Position numbers and translations under genes: made by a program
The notes under the pieces: generated by a model
What the model was told of the DNA's origin: nothing
What the model saw: only the letters and a program-made list of their open reading frames with translations
Databases searched by the model: none
Part shown: positions 19,850 through 29,671 of the stretch, piece by piece
Layout of the letters: each line of letters starts with the position of its first letter
Numbering within the stretch: position 1 is the first letter of the stretch
Source of the DNA: Promethearchaeota archaeon
GTDB lineage: Archaea > Asgardarchaeota > Lokiarchaeia > Sigyniarchaeales > SOKP01
NCBI GenBank assembly: GCA_048937405.1
Contig: JBHLNF010000004.1
Span: 32,001-96,000, forward strand
Length of the DNA stretch: 64,000 nucleotides
Direction: 5' to 3'

Positions 19850-21043
19850 TTAAATATCCTTTTTTACTGGAGATATCTTTCTCAATCTTTCAATTATACC
19901 GGGTAATTTCTTCAAGAAATAATCTATATCTTCTTCTTTAGTGAAGCGTCCCAAGGAAACTCTCAAGGATCCATGCGCATCTTGATGGTTCACTCCTATT
20001 GCTAATAATACATGTGAAGGTTCGAGTGACTCTGAAGAACAAGCTGAGCCCGTAGAGGTGGCGATCCCTTCTGTATCGAGATCCAATACAATCGATTCTC
20101 CTTCAATAAATTTAAATCCAAGGTTCACGTTATTTGGGAGTCTTTGAGTAGGGTGTCCATTCAAATATGTATCTTCAATATTTTCTGTAACCCATTTAAT
20201 GATTTTATCTCTTAGTTTTATCTGTCTTTTAGATTCCATTTCCATTTCCTCTTTAGCAATTTCAACAGCTTTAGCAAAACCTGCAATACCAGGAACATTT
20301 ATAGTACTTGGTCGCATATTCCTCTCATGACCTCCACCATACATGATAGGATCAATAAATTTCCCCCATCCTTCTCTTATTCCCTTATTACGTATGTATA
20401 ACATACCAACACCCTTAGGTCCATAAATCTTATGAGCGGAAGCAGATAATAGGTCTATATTCATGTCATTTACATCAATTGGAACTTTTCCAAACGCTTG
20501 AACAGCATCAGTATGAAAAATGACATCATGTTTCTTCGCTATCATACCAATTTCTTTAATTGGTTCAATAGTACCAATTTCATTATTTGCAAACATAATA
20601 CTTATAAGTAAAGTTCTGTTTGTGATTGTATTCTCTAAATCTGCTAAATCAATAATACCATATTTATCTACAGGTAGAAAAGTAAGTTCAAATCCCTTTT
20701 TCTTTAATTCTTTATAGGGATTTTCTACTGCATGATGTTCGATTGAGGATGTAATAATATGATTACCTCTTTCCTTATTCTTAGAAGCAACACCAAAAAT
20801 AGCAAGATTATCTGCTTCTGTTCCTGAAGATGTAAAGAAAATATCATCTCTATTTGCATTAATAAATGATGCGATTATTTCACGTGATTTTAATAATACT
20901 TGCCCTGCCTTTTGTCCAAGAGAATGTAAACTTGAAGAATTTCCATAGGTTTCTAAAAAATGTTTATGAATTTCATCAATAACCCTTGGATCCATTGGCG
21001 TCGTAGCAGCATTATCCAGATAAATATATTTAGATTTACTCAT
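19850..21043 (-). CDS. iscS: cysteine desulfurase IscS/NifS (MisS-type)
   Basis: YLDNAATTP, HTDAVQ, SAHKIYGPKG (PLP Lys), STGSACSS. Confidence 0.95.
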   Translation of the reverse strand: MSKSKYIYLDNAATTPMDPRVIDEIHKHFLETYGNSSSLHSLGQKAGQVLLKSREIIASFINANRDDIFFTSSGTEADNLAIFGVASKNKERGNHIITSSIEHHAVENPYKELKKKGFELTFLPVDKYGIIDLADLENTITNRTLLISIMFANNEIGTIEPIKEIGMIAKKHDVIFHTDAVQAFGKVPIDVNDMNIDLLSASAHKIYGPKGVGMLYIRNKGIREGWGKFIDPIMYGGGHERNMRPSTINVPGIAGFAKAVEIAKEEMEMESKRQIKLRDKIIKWVTENIEDTYLNGHPTQRLPNNVNLGFKFIEGESIVLDLDTEGIATSTGSACSSESLEPSHVLLAIGVNHQDAHGSLRVSLGRFTKEEDIDYFLKKLPGIIERLRKISPVKKDI

Positions 21044-21179
21044 TTATAATCAATTTAAGATAAATTCATAATCTAGTATAAATTTAAAGCAAAAAGATTT
21101 TTAATTGTTTATATTGGAAAATATAAAACTTAAAATATTATATGTTAAAATTGCACCTATATTTAATAAGTTGGTTAAG

Positions 21180-21233
21180 ATGACATACAAATTAATCTGG
21201 GGTATAACTGGCACAGGATATGTTTTAAATTAA
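21180..21233 (+). pseudogene. 5' stub of a second afpA allele (17 codons)
   Basis: Translates MTYKLIWGITGTGYVLN*; 13 aa identical to the AfpA N-terminus at 21853. Confidence 0.75.
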
Positions 21234-21329
21234 AGTATTAATTATTTTCATTAGGTTTTATATATAAAGCTAATTTTTTATAAATTAAGAATTTTTTAAG
21301 CCATTAAAACTATTAATTGAAATATAAGA

Positions 21330-21842
21330 ATGAATAATAAAAAAACAAATAAGGAAACTGTTGATCTTATCATAGAACAAGAACTCTCTGGAGTTTCCCC
21401 TGAAATGATTGATTGGTGGTGGGATCATATTGATAATTCAGAACGCTACAAATTATGGCATCCTAAAGACCATAAATCATTTGAATGGGAAATCTCTCCT
21501 GAAAATATAAAGGGACATGTGGGAGCAATACAACGCGTTGTTGAAACAATTGAAGGTAGACCTACAACATTAAGAATTCGATGGGAAAATCCTGACTCAA
21601 TACCTATAAAGGCGGAGTTTAAGCATAAAAATGCCGCAAGCGTTATAAATAATAAAGATGAACCCATTACTTGGGTTTTACATGAATATCATTCAATTCC
21701 AAAGGGAACTATCTTACGATCAACCTTTCGTTTACCTGCTCAAGTCCCAAATTCATTCATTGAACATTTGAGAAAACATAATATCGAAGAAATAGGATTT
21801 TTTACTGAATTTTTACCAAAATTATATGAAGAAGAGCAATAA
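21330..21842 (+). CDS. PhlG/DAPG-hydrolase-like (Bet v1/START fold) protein
   Basis: GVSPEMIDWW, RYKLWHPKDH and HNIEE...FLPKLY motifs. Confidence 0.75.
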   Translation: MNNKKTNKETVDLIIEQELSGVSPEMIDWWWDHIDNSERYKLWHPKDHKSFEWEISPENIKGHVGAIQRVVETIEGRPTTLRIRWENPDSIPIKAEFKHKNAASVINNKDEPITWVLHEYHSIPKGTILRSTFRLPAQVPNSFIEHLRKHNIEEIGFFTEFLPKLYEEEQ

Positions 21843-21852
21843 GTAGAAGAAA

Positions 21853-22413
21853 ATGAAGCTTATATGGGGTATAACTGGAACTGGCTATGTCCTTCAAGAA
21901 TCAATTGATTTAATGAAAGAATTGCAAATAAAACATAATATCAATTTAACTGTAATTCTTTCTAAAGAAGGTGCTGCTGTTATTAAATGGTATAAAAAAT
22001 GGTTAGCACTAACCGAAGTGGTTGAAAAAATAAAAATAGAAAAAACTCCAAATATCCCATTTTATGCTGGACCATTACAATTAGGAAAATTCGATTTTTT
22101 TTTAGTTTGCCCTGTTTCCGCTAATTCAATCGCCAAAATTGTTAACGGGATAGCAGATACACTAATAACTAATTGTGTAGCTCAAGCTATTAAGGGAGGG
22201 CAGACTGTTTATATTTTTCCATCAGATCAGGATACTGAACCTATAGTAACTTCCCGACCAGATGGGTCTCCTTTAATTTTAAAGATAAGAGATATTGAAC
22301 TTGAAAATATTAAAAAGTTAAAAGAAATGGAAGGGATTGTAGTAATTTCAGACTTTTCTGAAATCAAATCTCTTATTCTTGAAAAGTTAAAAATAAATCC
22401 TAATAATAAATAA
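21853..22413 (+). CDS. afpA: archaeoflavoprotein AfpA (HFCD flavoprotein family)
   Basis: WGITG, LSKEG...KWY, AGPLQLG, ANSIAKIVNGIADTLITN. Confidence 0.85.
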   Translation: MKLIWGITGTGYVLQESIDLMKELQIKHNINLTVILSKEGAAVIKWYKKWLALTEVVEKIKIEKTPNIPFYAGPLQLGKFDFFLVCPVSANSIAKIVNGIADTLITNCVAQAIKGGQTVYIFPSDQDTEPIVTSRPDGSPLILKIRDIELENIKKLKEMEGIVVISDFSEIKSLILEKLKINPNNK

Positions 22414-22416
22414 TAT

Positions 22417-22875
22417 CTAAACCGCTTCAAACTTTACGGGTTTAATTGCTCCTTCTGGACATGAAAGTTCACACTTTAAACAACCCTGGCATTTTGCGAT
22501 TTCTTTATACTTATATCTGATTCCTTCTTCCTCTCTTCCAACCTTTTTCACAACATCTTTATAAAAAAGGTTTTTAGGACAGAAAATTCCATTTTCATCA
22601 AGACATATTTCACACATATTACATAGCTCATGATCAATTTTGATACTTACTATTTGATCTGGATTTGTTATAGACGTTACCTCAATAGCATTCCTAGGAC
22701 ATACTTGAACACAATTTAGGCATGCTTTACATTTAGCATAATCAACTTTTCTAACTCCATGCTCAAAATAAATAGCTTTAGATTTACAAGCTTTAAGACA
22801 GCGTTCACATCTTGTACATAATTCTTGATCAATTTGAACAGGAATAAATTTTTCTTTGAATCTTCCCAAATTCAA
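22417..22875 (-). CDS. polyferredoxin (up to four 4Fe-4S)
   Basis: Three CxxCxxCxxxC motifs and one with an insertion (CNMCEIC...CP). Confidence 0.9.
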   Translation of the reverse strand: MNLGRFKEKFIPVQIDQELCTRCERCLKACKSKAIYFEHGVRKVDYAKCKACLNCVQVCPRNAIEVTSITNPDQIVSIKIDHELCNMCEICLDENGIFCPKNLFYKDVVKKVGREEEGIRYKYKEIAKCQGCLKCELSCPEGAIKPVKFEAV

Positions 22876-23001
22876 TCACACATTCATTTTTTTATTCTTA
22901 AAAAAATATAATAGTGTGATTCTTTTAAAATTCATTTCTATTAATTATCAATTAGAATGAAGTCTTTTTTATATTAGAAAAAAGAATTTCCTCTAAGTTG
23001 A

Positions 23002-23520
23002 TTATTCTTTTTTTAATCTAGTTTGGTGTTTCTCAATGAATTCTAATATTTTATTACCATGATTTTTTGTATACTGATTGCTTGGTTGATGTCCACATGA
23101 TCTACATTTAGCATCGTAGGCGGAATTTATGGTTCCACATTTTAAACATGAATAATAATTCTTCATATCTTCCATCCAAATTTCATATCCCCTTTTTACA
23201 ATTTGATCTTGAGCGTTCAATAATTCAAATCGATGAGCTGCTCCAGCTTGAAATTCTTTTAAATTATCACATGGAAAGTCATCACACTCACCGCAAAAAT
23301 CAATTCCTTTTTTCTGAGCACAAGGATAAAGTTTACAAGTGTCACAATAAGGAATACGCTTTTCTGACCGACATCCATAGCATTTCATTTCTTCAACTGA
23401 AATATCAAATTGATTAGCAAGCAATTCAAGACGATTAGGATCTTCCTGAGTACCAATAAATATCGTACAAGCTGGGCAATAAAGACCACAAACTGCCGCG
23501 TGTGTTTTAGAATATTTCAT
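23002..23520 (-). CDS. DUF3795 Cys-rich protein with C-terminal zinc ribbon
   Basis: CGLYCPAC, CYGC, FCGECDDFPC, CLKCG...CRSCG. Confidence 0.8.
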   Translation of the reverse strand: MKYSKTHAAVCGLYCPACTIFIGTQEDPNRLELLANQFDISVEEMKCYGCRSEKRIPYCDTCKLYPCAQKKGIDFCGECDDFPCDNLKEFQAGAAHRFELLNAQDQIVKRGYEIWMEDMKNYYSCLKCGTINSAYDAKCRSCGHQPSNQYTKNHGNKILEFIEKHQTRLKKE

Positions 23521-23594
23521 AATAACAAGTAAATAATTTAGAATTTAATAATTTATATAAAATAATTTTAAAATGAAAAAATAAATAGTATATT

Positions 23595-24389
23595 TTATTG
23601 AAAATACTGAGTATATCCTTCTTTAGTGCCTGGTAATTGTTGTTGCTGTTTCTGATATTGTTGAGCTTTTTCTGCTAATTCTAACATTTTTGCTTTTATT
23701 TCTTTTCCTTGTTCAATAAGAGATGCCGTATCTATTGTTAAATTATACATTTTATTTAATACTTCTAGAATACTAGCGGCACCTTCTGGAGTGGGAATTT
23801 CTAATACAGGGGTAAATAAAGCAAATGCTTGTAATCTATTTGTTAAAGCTTCATTCAAAACGGTTGCTTCTGGTCCTACAATGATTCCTTTCTCAACTTT
23901 ACTTATTCCAAATTTTTCAAGATGATCCATCATTATTTCTTCAGCAGCATAATAAACTGGATATTCATCAATAATACCTCTCTGGGGGATTCCTTGAAAA
24001 ATTACAATTTCCTTTGCTCTAACATCCTCTGAAAGAGCCCAATTACATATCGTTTTACTTAAATCGTTGTAGGCAGTTGGTATCTGAAAAGGAACCTCAC
24101 AAATCCCAATAATCAAATTATTTTGAGGAGAATAAAGAATTCTAAACGGATGCTTTAACACACCTGCATAAAATACTGAAATGGGGGGGAGATATTCAGA
24201 GGTAATAAAACCAATTTCCTTGACATCTGGTAATTGTTCTATTAGAGTATTAGCAACTATAGGTCCTATAAGTCCAATTCCCGCAAATCCTAAAATAAAG
24301 GTAGCTCCTTCTTTAATTTCAACAGTTAAGTCATCTATAACAACTGAACTTTTTTTTCCCTTCTCACAAACATATTCTTTTTTAACCAT
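23595..24389 (-). CDS. proteasome assembly chaperone, PAC2 family
   Basis: GFAGIGLIG, HPFRI, PTPEGA and C-terminal YFQ; ATG follows an AGGTGA RBS. Confidence 0.85.
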   Translation of the reverse strand: MVKKEYVCEKGKKSSVVIDDLTVEIKEGATFILGFAGIGLIGPIVANTLIEQLPDVKEIGFITSEYLPPISVFYAGVLKHPFRILYSPQNNLIIGICEVPFQIPTAYNDLSKTICNWALSEDVRAKEIVIFQGIPQRGIIDEYPVYYAAEEIMMDHLEKFGISKVEKGIIVGPEATVLNEALTNRLQAFALFTPVLEIPTPEGAASILEVLNKMYNLTIDTASLIEQGKEIKAKMLELAEKAQQYQKQQQQLPGTKEGYTQYFQ

Positions 24390-24634
24390 TCTTTTCACCT
24401 ATAAAATAAATAAAAACTGTGTATGGTTGTTGTTAAATTTTATTATAGAAACTAAGAATATAATATTAAAGGTCTTTTTTAATTTATGTGCTATATTCTA
24501 TTCATAAGTTGATCAAAAAGTTTTTCGAATATTAAAAGACTTGAGAAAATTTAAGTTTTTATTAAAAAAAGAATTTTAGATCTTAACCAAGCTTTCTAAA
24601 TAAATATGCAATTCAGATTTATAAGTGAAATAAA

Positions 24635-25432
24635 TTGATTTTGGAAACTCAAGATTTGACAATACCAACAATGGATGAAAAATGTGTTATAATTAATAAG
24701 GTCTCTTTTGGTGTTAAAGAAGGATCTATACATGCTATTATAGGTCCAAATGGCTCTGGAAAATCAACCTTAGCATACACTATAATGGGATTAAATAACT
24801 ATAAACCTTCAAGTGGAAAAATATATTTTGATGGAATTGACATAACAGATATGAGTATAACTGAACGTGCAAAGTTAGGGATAACTTTAGCATGGCAAGA
24901 ACCCGCTAGAATTGATGGATTATCAATTCCGAAATATATTTCACTTGGAATTAAGGATAAAGCTAATAAAAAAGAAATAATAAGTGAAGCTTTAGATATT
25001 GTAAATTTGGAGCCTGAGAGATATATGAAACGAAATATTGATGAATCTTTAAGTGGTGGAGAAAGAAAGAGAGTAGAGTTAGCTGCAGCCATAGCGATGA
25101 GACCTCGATTGATTATGCTAGATGAGCCTGATTCTGGATTAGATTTCATTGTAATTGAAGATTTTCTTAATATTTTTGGAAAAATCAAGGAATTAAATAT
25201 GACTATTTTATTAATCACCCACAGAGAAGATATTGGAATGGTTGCAGATTATGGAACCCTTATCTGGAGAGGAGATTCATTAATAACTGATGTTTTTCCA
25301 AAAGTTATGCTAAAATATTGTGCAAAAGCGGGTTTAAAGGAATTCTGCAAAAGAAAATTATTCAATGGGAAGCAACAATGTTTCGATGAGGATTATATTG
25401 ATAAAATATTTAGAGAGGAACAAGGATTATGA
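24635..25432 (+). CDS. sufC: SufC/SmsC ABC ATPase
   Basis: GPNGSGKST, LSGGERKR, LDEPDSGLD; overlaps the sufB-like gene; three C-terminal Cys. Confidence 0.88.
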   Translation: MILETQDLTIPTMDEKCVIINKVSFGVKEGSIHAIIGPNGSGKSTLAYTIMGLNNYKPSSGKIYFDGIDITDMSITERAKLGITLAWQEPARIDGLSIPKYISLGIKDKANKKEIISEALDIVNLEPERYMKRNIDESLSGGERKRVELAAAIAMRPRLIMLDEPDSGLDFIVIEDFLNIFGKIKELNMTILLITHREDIGMVADYGTLIWRGDSLITDVFPKVMLKYCAKAGLKEFCKRKLFNGKQQCFDEDYIDKIFREEQGL

Positions 25433-26391
25433 GTAATATAGAATATCCAGAAGAAATATTAGAAAGTCTTGAAGATTATAATATTGATATTAGAGACTTT
25501 TTACCAGGACACGGGAAGGGAGCCAAGCTTTTATTAGATTTTAATAAGATTAGTGGTGTTGAACAAGTCGATGGTGTTATTCTAAAGGGTAGAGAGATTG
25601 AAAATGGAATTGTGGCGGATATTATAATAAAAAAGGGTACAAAAATTGAAGAACCTATTCATTTATGTTTTGGTGTTAATAAAGAAACGGGAGTTCAGGA
25701 AATTTTTCCAAGAATTATTGCAGAAGATAATACAGAAGTAACTGTACAAGCACATTGCAGTTTTCCAAAAGCAAATGGACTTATTCATAAAATGTTTGGA
25801 CATTTTTACATTGGAAAAAATTGTAATTTTACCTATAGTGAAACCCATTACCATGGTGAGAATTCAGGTGCATTAGTTGCTCCAGTTGGTTATATGTATG
25901 TTGGTGAAAATAGTATTTTTGAAAATAATTTTAATCTTACAAGAGGAACACCTGGTAAGGTAAAAATATTGATAGATATTTACGCTATGAAAAATAGCGT
26001 AATTAAATCAAATATCAGAGCTTTTGGAAAATGTAAAAAAGATTCAATTAGAATAAGAGATTCTGTTTTTCTTGAAGGTGAAAACGCAAGAAGTATAATT
26101 AAAATGAAAGCTGCTGCCAAAGATGGAGGAGAGGTATTAATGTATGGAATTACTGAAGGAAATGCTCCACGATGTAATGGACATGTTGAATGTAATGAAA
26201 TTGTGTTAGGAAAAGGATCAATATGTAGAGCACGTCCCTTTATCAGAGCTATAGACCCAACATCAAGTGTTTCTCATGAAGCTTCATTAGGAAGATTCCC
26301 CCAAAAATGGTTGGATGAACTGCAGGCTAAAGGCTTAACTGAAGAGGAAGCTACTCAAATTCTTATCGAAGCTATGCTTCAAGAAGAATAA
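25429..26391 (+). CDS. sufB: SufB/SufD-like (SmsB) Fe-S scaffold
   Basis: PIHLCFG, HCSFP, GHVECNE, SHEASLG...GLTEEEA. Confidence 0.85.
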   Translation: MSNIEYPEEILESLEDYNIDIRDFLPGHGKGAKLLLDFNKISGVEQVDGVILKGREIENGIVADIIIKKGTKIEEPIHLCFGVNKETGVQEIFPRIIAEDNTEVTVQAHCSFPKANGLIHKMFGHFYIGKNCNFTYSETHYHGENSGALVAPVGYMYVGENSIFENNFNLTRGTPGKVKILIDIYAMKNSVIKSNIRAFGKCKKDSIRIRDSVFLEGENARSIIKMKAAAKDGGEVLMYGITEGNAPRCNGHVECNEIVLGKGSICRARPFIRAIDPTSSVSHEASLGRFPQKWLDELQAKGLTEEEATQILIEAMLQEE

Positions 26392-26430
26392 AAACAAGAG
26401 GAAAAGACTAGAAATTGAAAAATTGAGAGA

Positions 26431-27078
26431 TTGAATATGAGAGAAAATACGAAATATCATAATTATCGTTTTATAGGGAAAATAAATGTAGATGAGATTG
26501 AACCTTGGTTTGATTTTGCTACAGCAAAACCATGGGATGATTCTGAAATTCCATGGATTTTAGATAATAAAGTAAGACGTGAAATTTTAATAATACTTGC
26601 TAGTGGGCCAAAATCATTTCAAGAAATACATGAAAGAGTTAATTTTTCTCCAGAACCTTTATTAATCTCAAAAGAAGAATATGATTGTCAGATATCATAT
26701 CAATGGACAAAAGAAACTGTTGAAAATCACATAATGACTTTAGAATGGTATAATCTAATTAAATTATTAGATAAAAATTATCAATTAACTATCCCAATAT
26801 TATCAACAGAACATTCAGAGAAGTTAGAAGAATATATTGAGAAATTTTCAGAAAATTGGATAAAAATTATTCTGCAATTTAGAGAGCAGATTGAAAAGAT
26901 AGGTGATTTAACTGAAAAAACTCATTTATATGATATATTAATTGAAAAAGCAACAGAAAATCTTTATAAGCTTCTCAAAAAAGAAGATATACTCCCTGAT
27001 ATACCTAATATAAAAGCCTTATGGGCAGAGCAGCTTAGAAAGATTAAATTTAAAGATTGGATCAAGCAGAATTTTTAA
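26431..27078 (+). CDS. ArsR-like wHTH-containing hypothetical protein
   Basis: DNKVRREILIILASGPKSFQEI...H...LEWYNLI. Confidence 0.65.
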   Translation: MNMRENTKYHNYRFIGKINVDEIEPWFDFATAKPWDDSEIPWILDNKVRREILIILASGPKSFQEIHERVNFSPEPLLISKEEYDCQISYQWTKETVENHIMTLEWYNLIKLLDKNYQLTIPILSTEHSEKLEEYIEKFSENWIKIILQFREQIEKIGDLTEKTHLYDILIEKATENLYKLLKKEDILPDIPNIKALWAEQLRKIKFKDWIKQNF

Positions 27079-27269
27079 AAAAACCTAAACCATTATCAGT
27101 AATTTTCTTTCTTAAAATAAGAATGATAATAATTATAGGTTATTTTATCAATATTGGTAATTTAGAAATAATAATTATTAAATATTCAATTAACTAATTT
27201 AATAAAAAATAAATATTGCTATAATAAAAATCAAAACAAGATAAAACTAGTTTTAATAAATTTGATATA

Positions 27270-27764
27270 ATGCAATTAGCTTTATTATATTTTAATACAG
27301 TTGTTGGTCCAGAGATTATTTTTTCTCATCCAGGTTCAATATTAGAGAAAATCAGCAAAAAAATGTTAGGTTTTTTTGATTTAGATATGTCAGAGGAATT
27401 CTTTGAAGTTATATTAATTGAGGAAGATTTAAAGATAACAAATATGTATTTTGAAATTACTTCCTGTTGGGCTCGTGGTAATAAAGAAATGTTAATGTTT
27501 TCAATAATAACTGATAAAGATTTCAAAGGTGAATTACTTTATGAAACAATGGAAAATTACTCGGTGAAAATAAAATCTGTTGTGAATTTATATAAAGCTT
27601 TCTATACCAAAGGTTATCTAAATAAGAATGATCCCGAAATTGATTTAAAAATAAAAGAATTACATGAAATTCTTCTGGAATTTTATGATGTATTAAAAGA
27701 AAGGTCAAAAGAAAAAATTAAAGATGAGAAAATAATTAAAAAGTTTAAAAAATTTAAATGGTAA
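27270..27764 (+). CDS. hypothetical protein, uDENN/longin-like N-terminus
   Basis: LALLYFNTVVGPEIIFSHP resembles the longin/uDENN beta-hairpin F-x4-GP-x6-P; ARG motif. Confidence 0.6.
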   Translation: MQLALLYFNTVVGPEIIFSHPGSILEKISKKMLGFFDLDMSEEFFEVILIEEDLKITNMYFEITSCWARGNKEMLMFSIITDKDFKGELLYETMENYSVKIKSVVNLYKAFYTKGYLNKNDPEIDLKIKELHEILLEFYDVLKERSKEKIKDEKIIKKFKKFKW

Positions 27765-28546
27765 TTAATTTGGAAAAGACACATTTACTCTATATCTCTG
27801 GACTCATAATTATATCAATTATTTCTGCGTATGTTTTAATCGTATTACCACACGGCGTACCAGTACCCGAATTGGAATCAAATTTTTTTTTATTTGGTCT
27901 TGGATTAAATAGCACAGTATTACTATGGACGATATCTGGTTACTTGTTATTAAGATGGATTAGAACAAATAAAAAAAATAAATCTTTATTCATCTGGAGT
28001 ATTTCGTTCCTTGTCTATAGTATAACTTTTGTTGCACATATCTTCAGAGCTATAGGGGTTCCTATTGCTAATGAAAATTTATCTGTATTTCATTTTTTTG
28101 TTTGGAGATGGGGTATGCCATGTTTCTCTGCAGGAATTTTATATGGTATTTTAGAGATTTTAACCGACAATAAAAAATTACAACAAATTCCTAGTATTTC
28201 TGTGCTTATCCTTGGATTTTTATGGTTAATATTAGGATTATTCATAATACCATCTGAAAATCCTATTGAAATCACAATGTATTTATTCCTTCATACAATT
28301 TGGATTCCTGTCTGCTTTACTATGGCATATATTTTTGCTTTTTATGGATATAAAGCCAACGAAATTGGACCAAAATTAGTAGGTTTAGGTTTTTTTGTTC
28401 TTATGATATCTTATCATGGATGGGCTCCATGGCATTTTCAAGATGTTATATATCTATATTTCATCTGGTATTTTTTATTTTTACTTTCTCTTACTCCAAT
28501 CTTATTGGGATTTGTCTTAATGTCTTTTGAGGAAAGACATGATTAA
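27758..28546 (+). CDS. polytopic membrane protein (~8 TM), function unknown
   Basis: Hydrophobic throughout; overlaps the upstream stop. Confidence 0.75.
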   Translation: MVINLEKTHLLYISGLIIISIISAYVLIVLPHGVPVPELESNFFLFGLGLNSTVLLWTISGYLLLRWIRTNKKNKSLFIWSISFLVYSITFVAHIFRAIGVPIANENLSVFHFFVWRWGMPCFSAGILYGILEILTDNKKLQQIPSISVLILGFLWLILGLFIIPSENPIEITMYLFLHTIWIPVCFTMAYIFAFYGYKANEIGPKLVGLGFFVLMISYHGWAPWHFQDVIYLYFIWYFLFLLSLTPILLGFVLMSFEERHD

Positions 28547-28638
28547 TATATCTAAATAAGTTTATTATAGATATTAAGAATAAATTTTTTATAAAAACTA
28601 TAACTAATGATAATATAAATTATAATACAGGGAAAATT

Positions 28639-29154
28639 ATGGAAGACAACAACCTACAAGAAGGAGATGACGCCCCTCTATTTAAATTAGATTCTTATAA
28701 CTCCGGAACTATTAATTTAGAAGAATTTAGAGGACAAAAAGTTGTTTTAATATTTTCAAGATATTTTGGATGTCCAATTTGTTTATTAGATTTCTCCACA
28801 TTAATGAAACGGAAAAATGAGATTGAAGATAAGGGAGCAAAAATATTATATATTACTCAATCAGGCGAGAAAGTAGCAAAAGAATATATTAAGAAAGAAA
28901 ATATTAATTTTCCTGTTATACCAAGTTCTAAAGATGAATTATATAAGGAATACGGACTTGGATTAATGAATATGGAAGCGGTTAAACAAGTGAAAGAGAA
29001 ATTTAAAGAAGCTATGAAATTAGGTTTTAAACATGGTGAATATGAAGGTTGGGAAAAACAGGGACCCGGTCAATTCGTTGTTGATGAACAAGGAAAAATA
29101 ATACATGCTTTCAAAGGATGGCTAGATATTGATAGTATTCTTTCTATACTTTAA
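28639..29154 (+). CDS. peroxiredoxin-like (AhpC/TSA, redoxin) protein
   Basis: GDDAPLF, RYFGCPIC, FVVDEQGKI. Confidence 0.85.
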   Translation: MEDNNLQEGDDAPLFKLDSYNSGTINLEEFRGQKVVLIFSRYFGCPICLLDFSTLMKRKNEIEDKGAKILYITQSGEKVAKEYIKKENINFPVIPSSKDELYKEYGLGLMNMEAVKQVKEKFKEAMKLGFKHGEYEGWEKQGPGQFVVDEQGKIIHAFKGWLDIDSILSIL

Positions 29155-29384
29155 TTTTTAAATATATTTTTGAATCTATAATTTATTTCTTAATCAATTT
29201 TTTTTATTTATTTACTGTTTTCAATGATATTTCAATTATTTATTAAATTTCTAAAGATATTACCTAGATATTACTTAGTTTCAAAAGATCTGATCATTTG
29301 TTTTTAATATATACGTAGATATCTCTCCACTATTATAGAGATATTCACTATGATTTGAATGAATTTTATAAATTTTAAAAACAA

Positions 29385-29657
29385 ATGAAAGAAATGATAA
29401 TTTCAAAAACTGAGGACTCAGAAGTTGTTCTTAATCTTAGAGATTTATTCTATGATATAAAAATTGCTACTAAGACGATTAATAAGCAAAGAGAAGAAAT
29501 ACCACAAAAAGCAAAATATGATAATTTTAAATTACTTTCTGATATTCAAAATGTTTTGCAGAAATGTAGACATTTAACTGATAAAGATAAACTTCTTTAT
29601 TGTCAGAGTCAACGTTATTTTATGAAGCAGTACCTGCGTGAAATAAATAAAAGATAA
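29385..29657 (+). CDS. hypothetical protein
   Basis: 90-aa ATG ORF in an otherwise empty interval; no motif recognised. Confidence 0.5.
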   Translation: MKEMIISKTEDSEVVLNLRDLFYDIKIATKTINKQREEIPQKAKYDNFKLLSDIQNVLQKCRHLTDKDKLLYCQSQRYFMKQYLREINKR

Positions 29658-29671
29658 TAATCCACTATAAA

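Noticed and set aside
28639-29154. Peroxiredoxin-like gene as a selenoprotein
   Set aside because: Both CxxC codons are TGT; no in-frame TGA.
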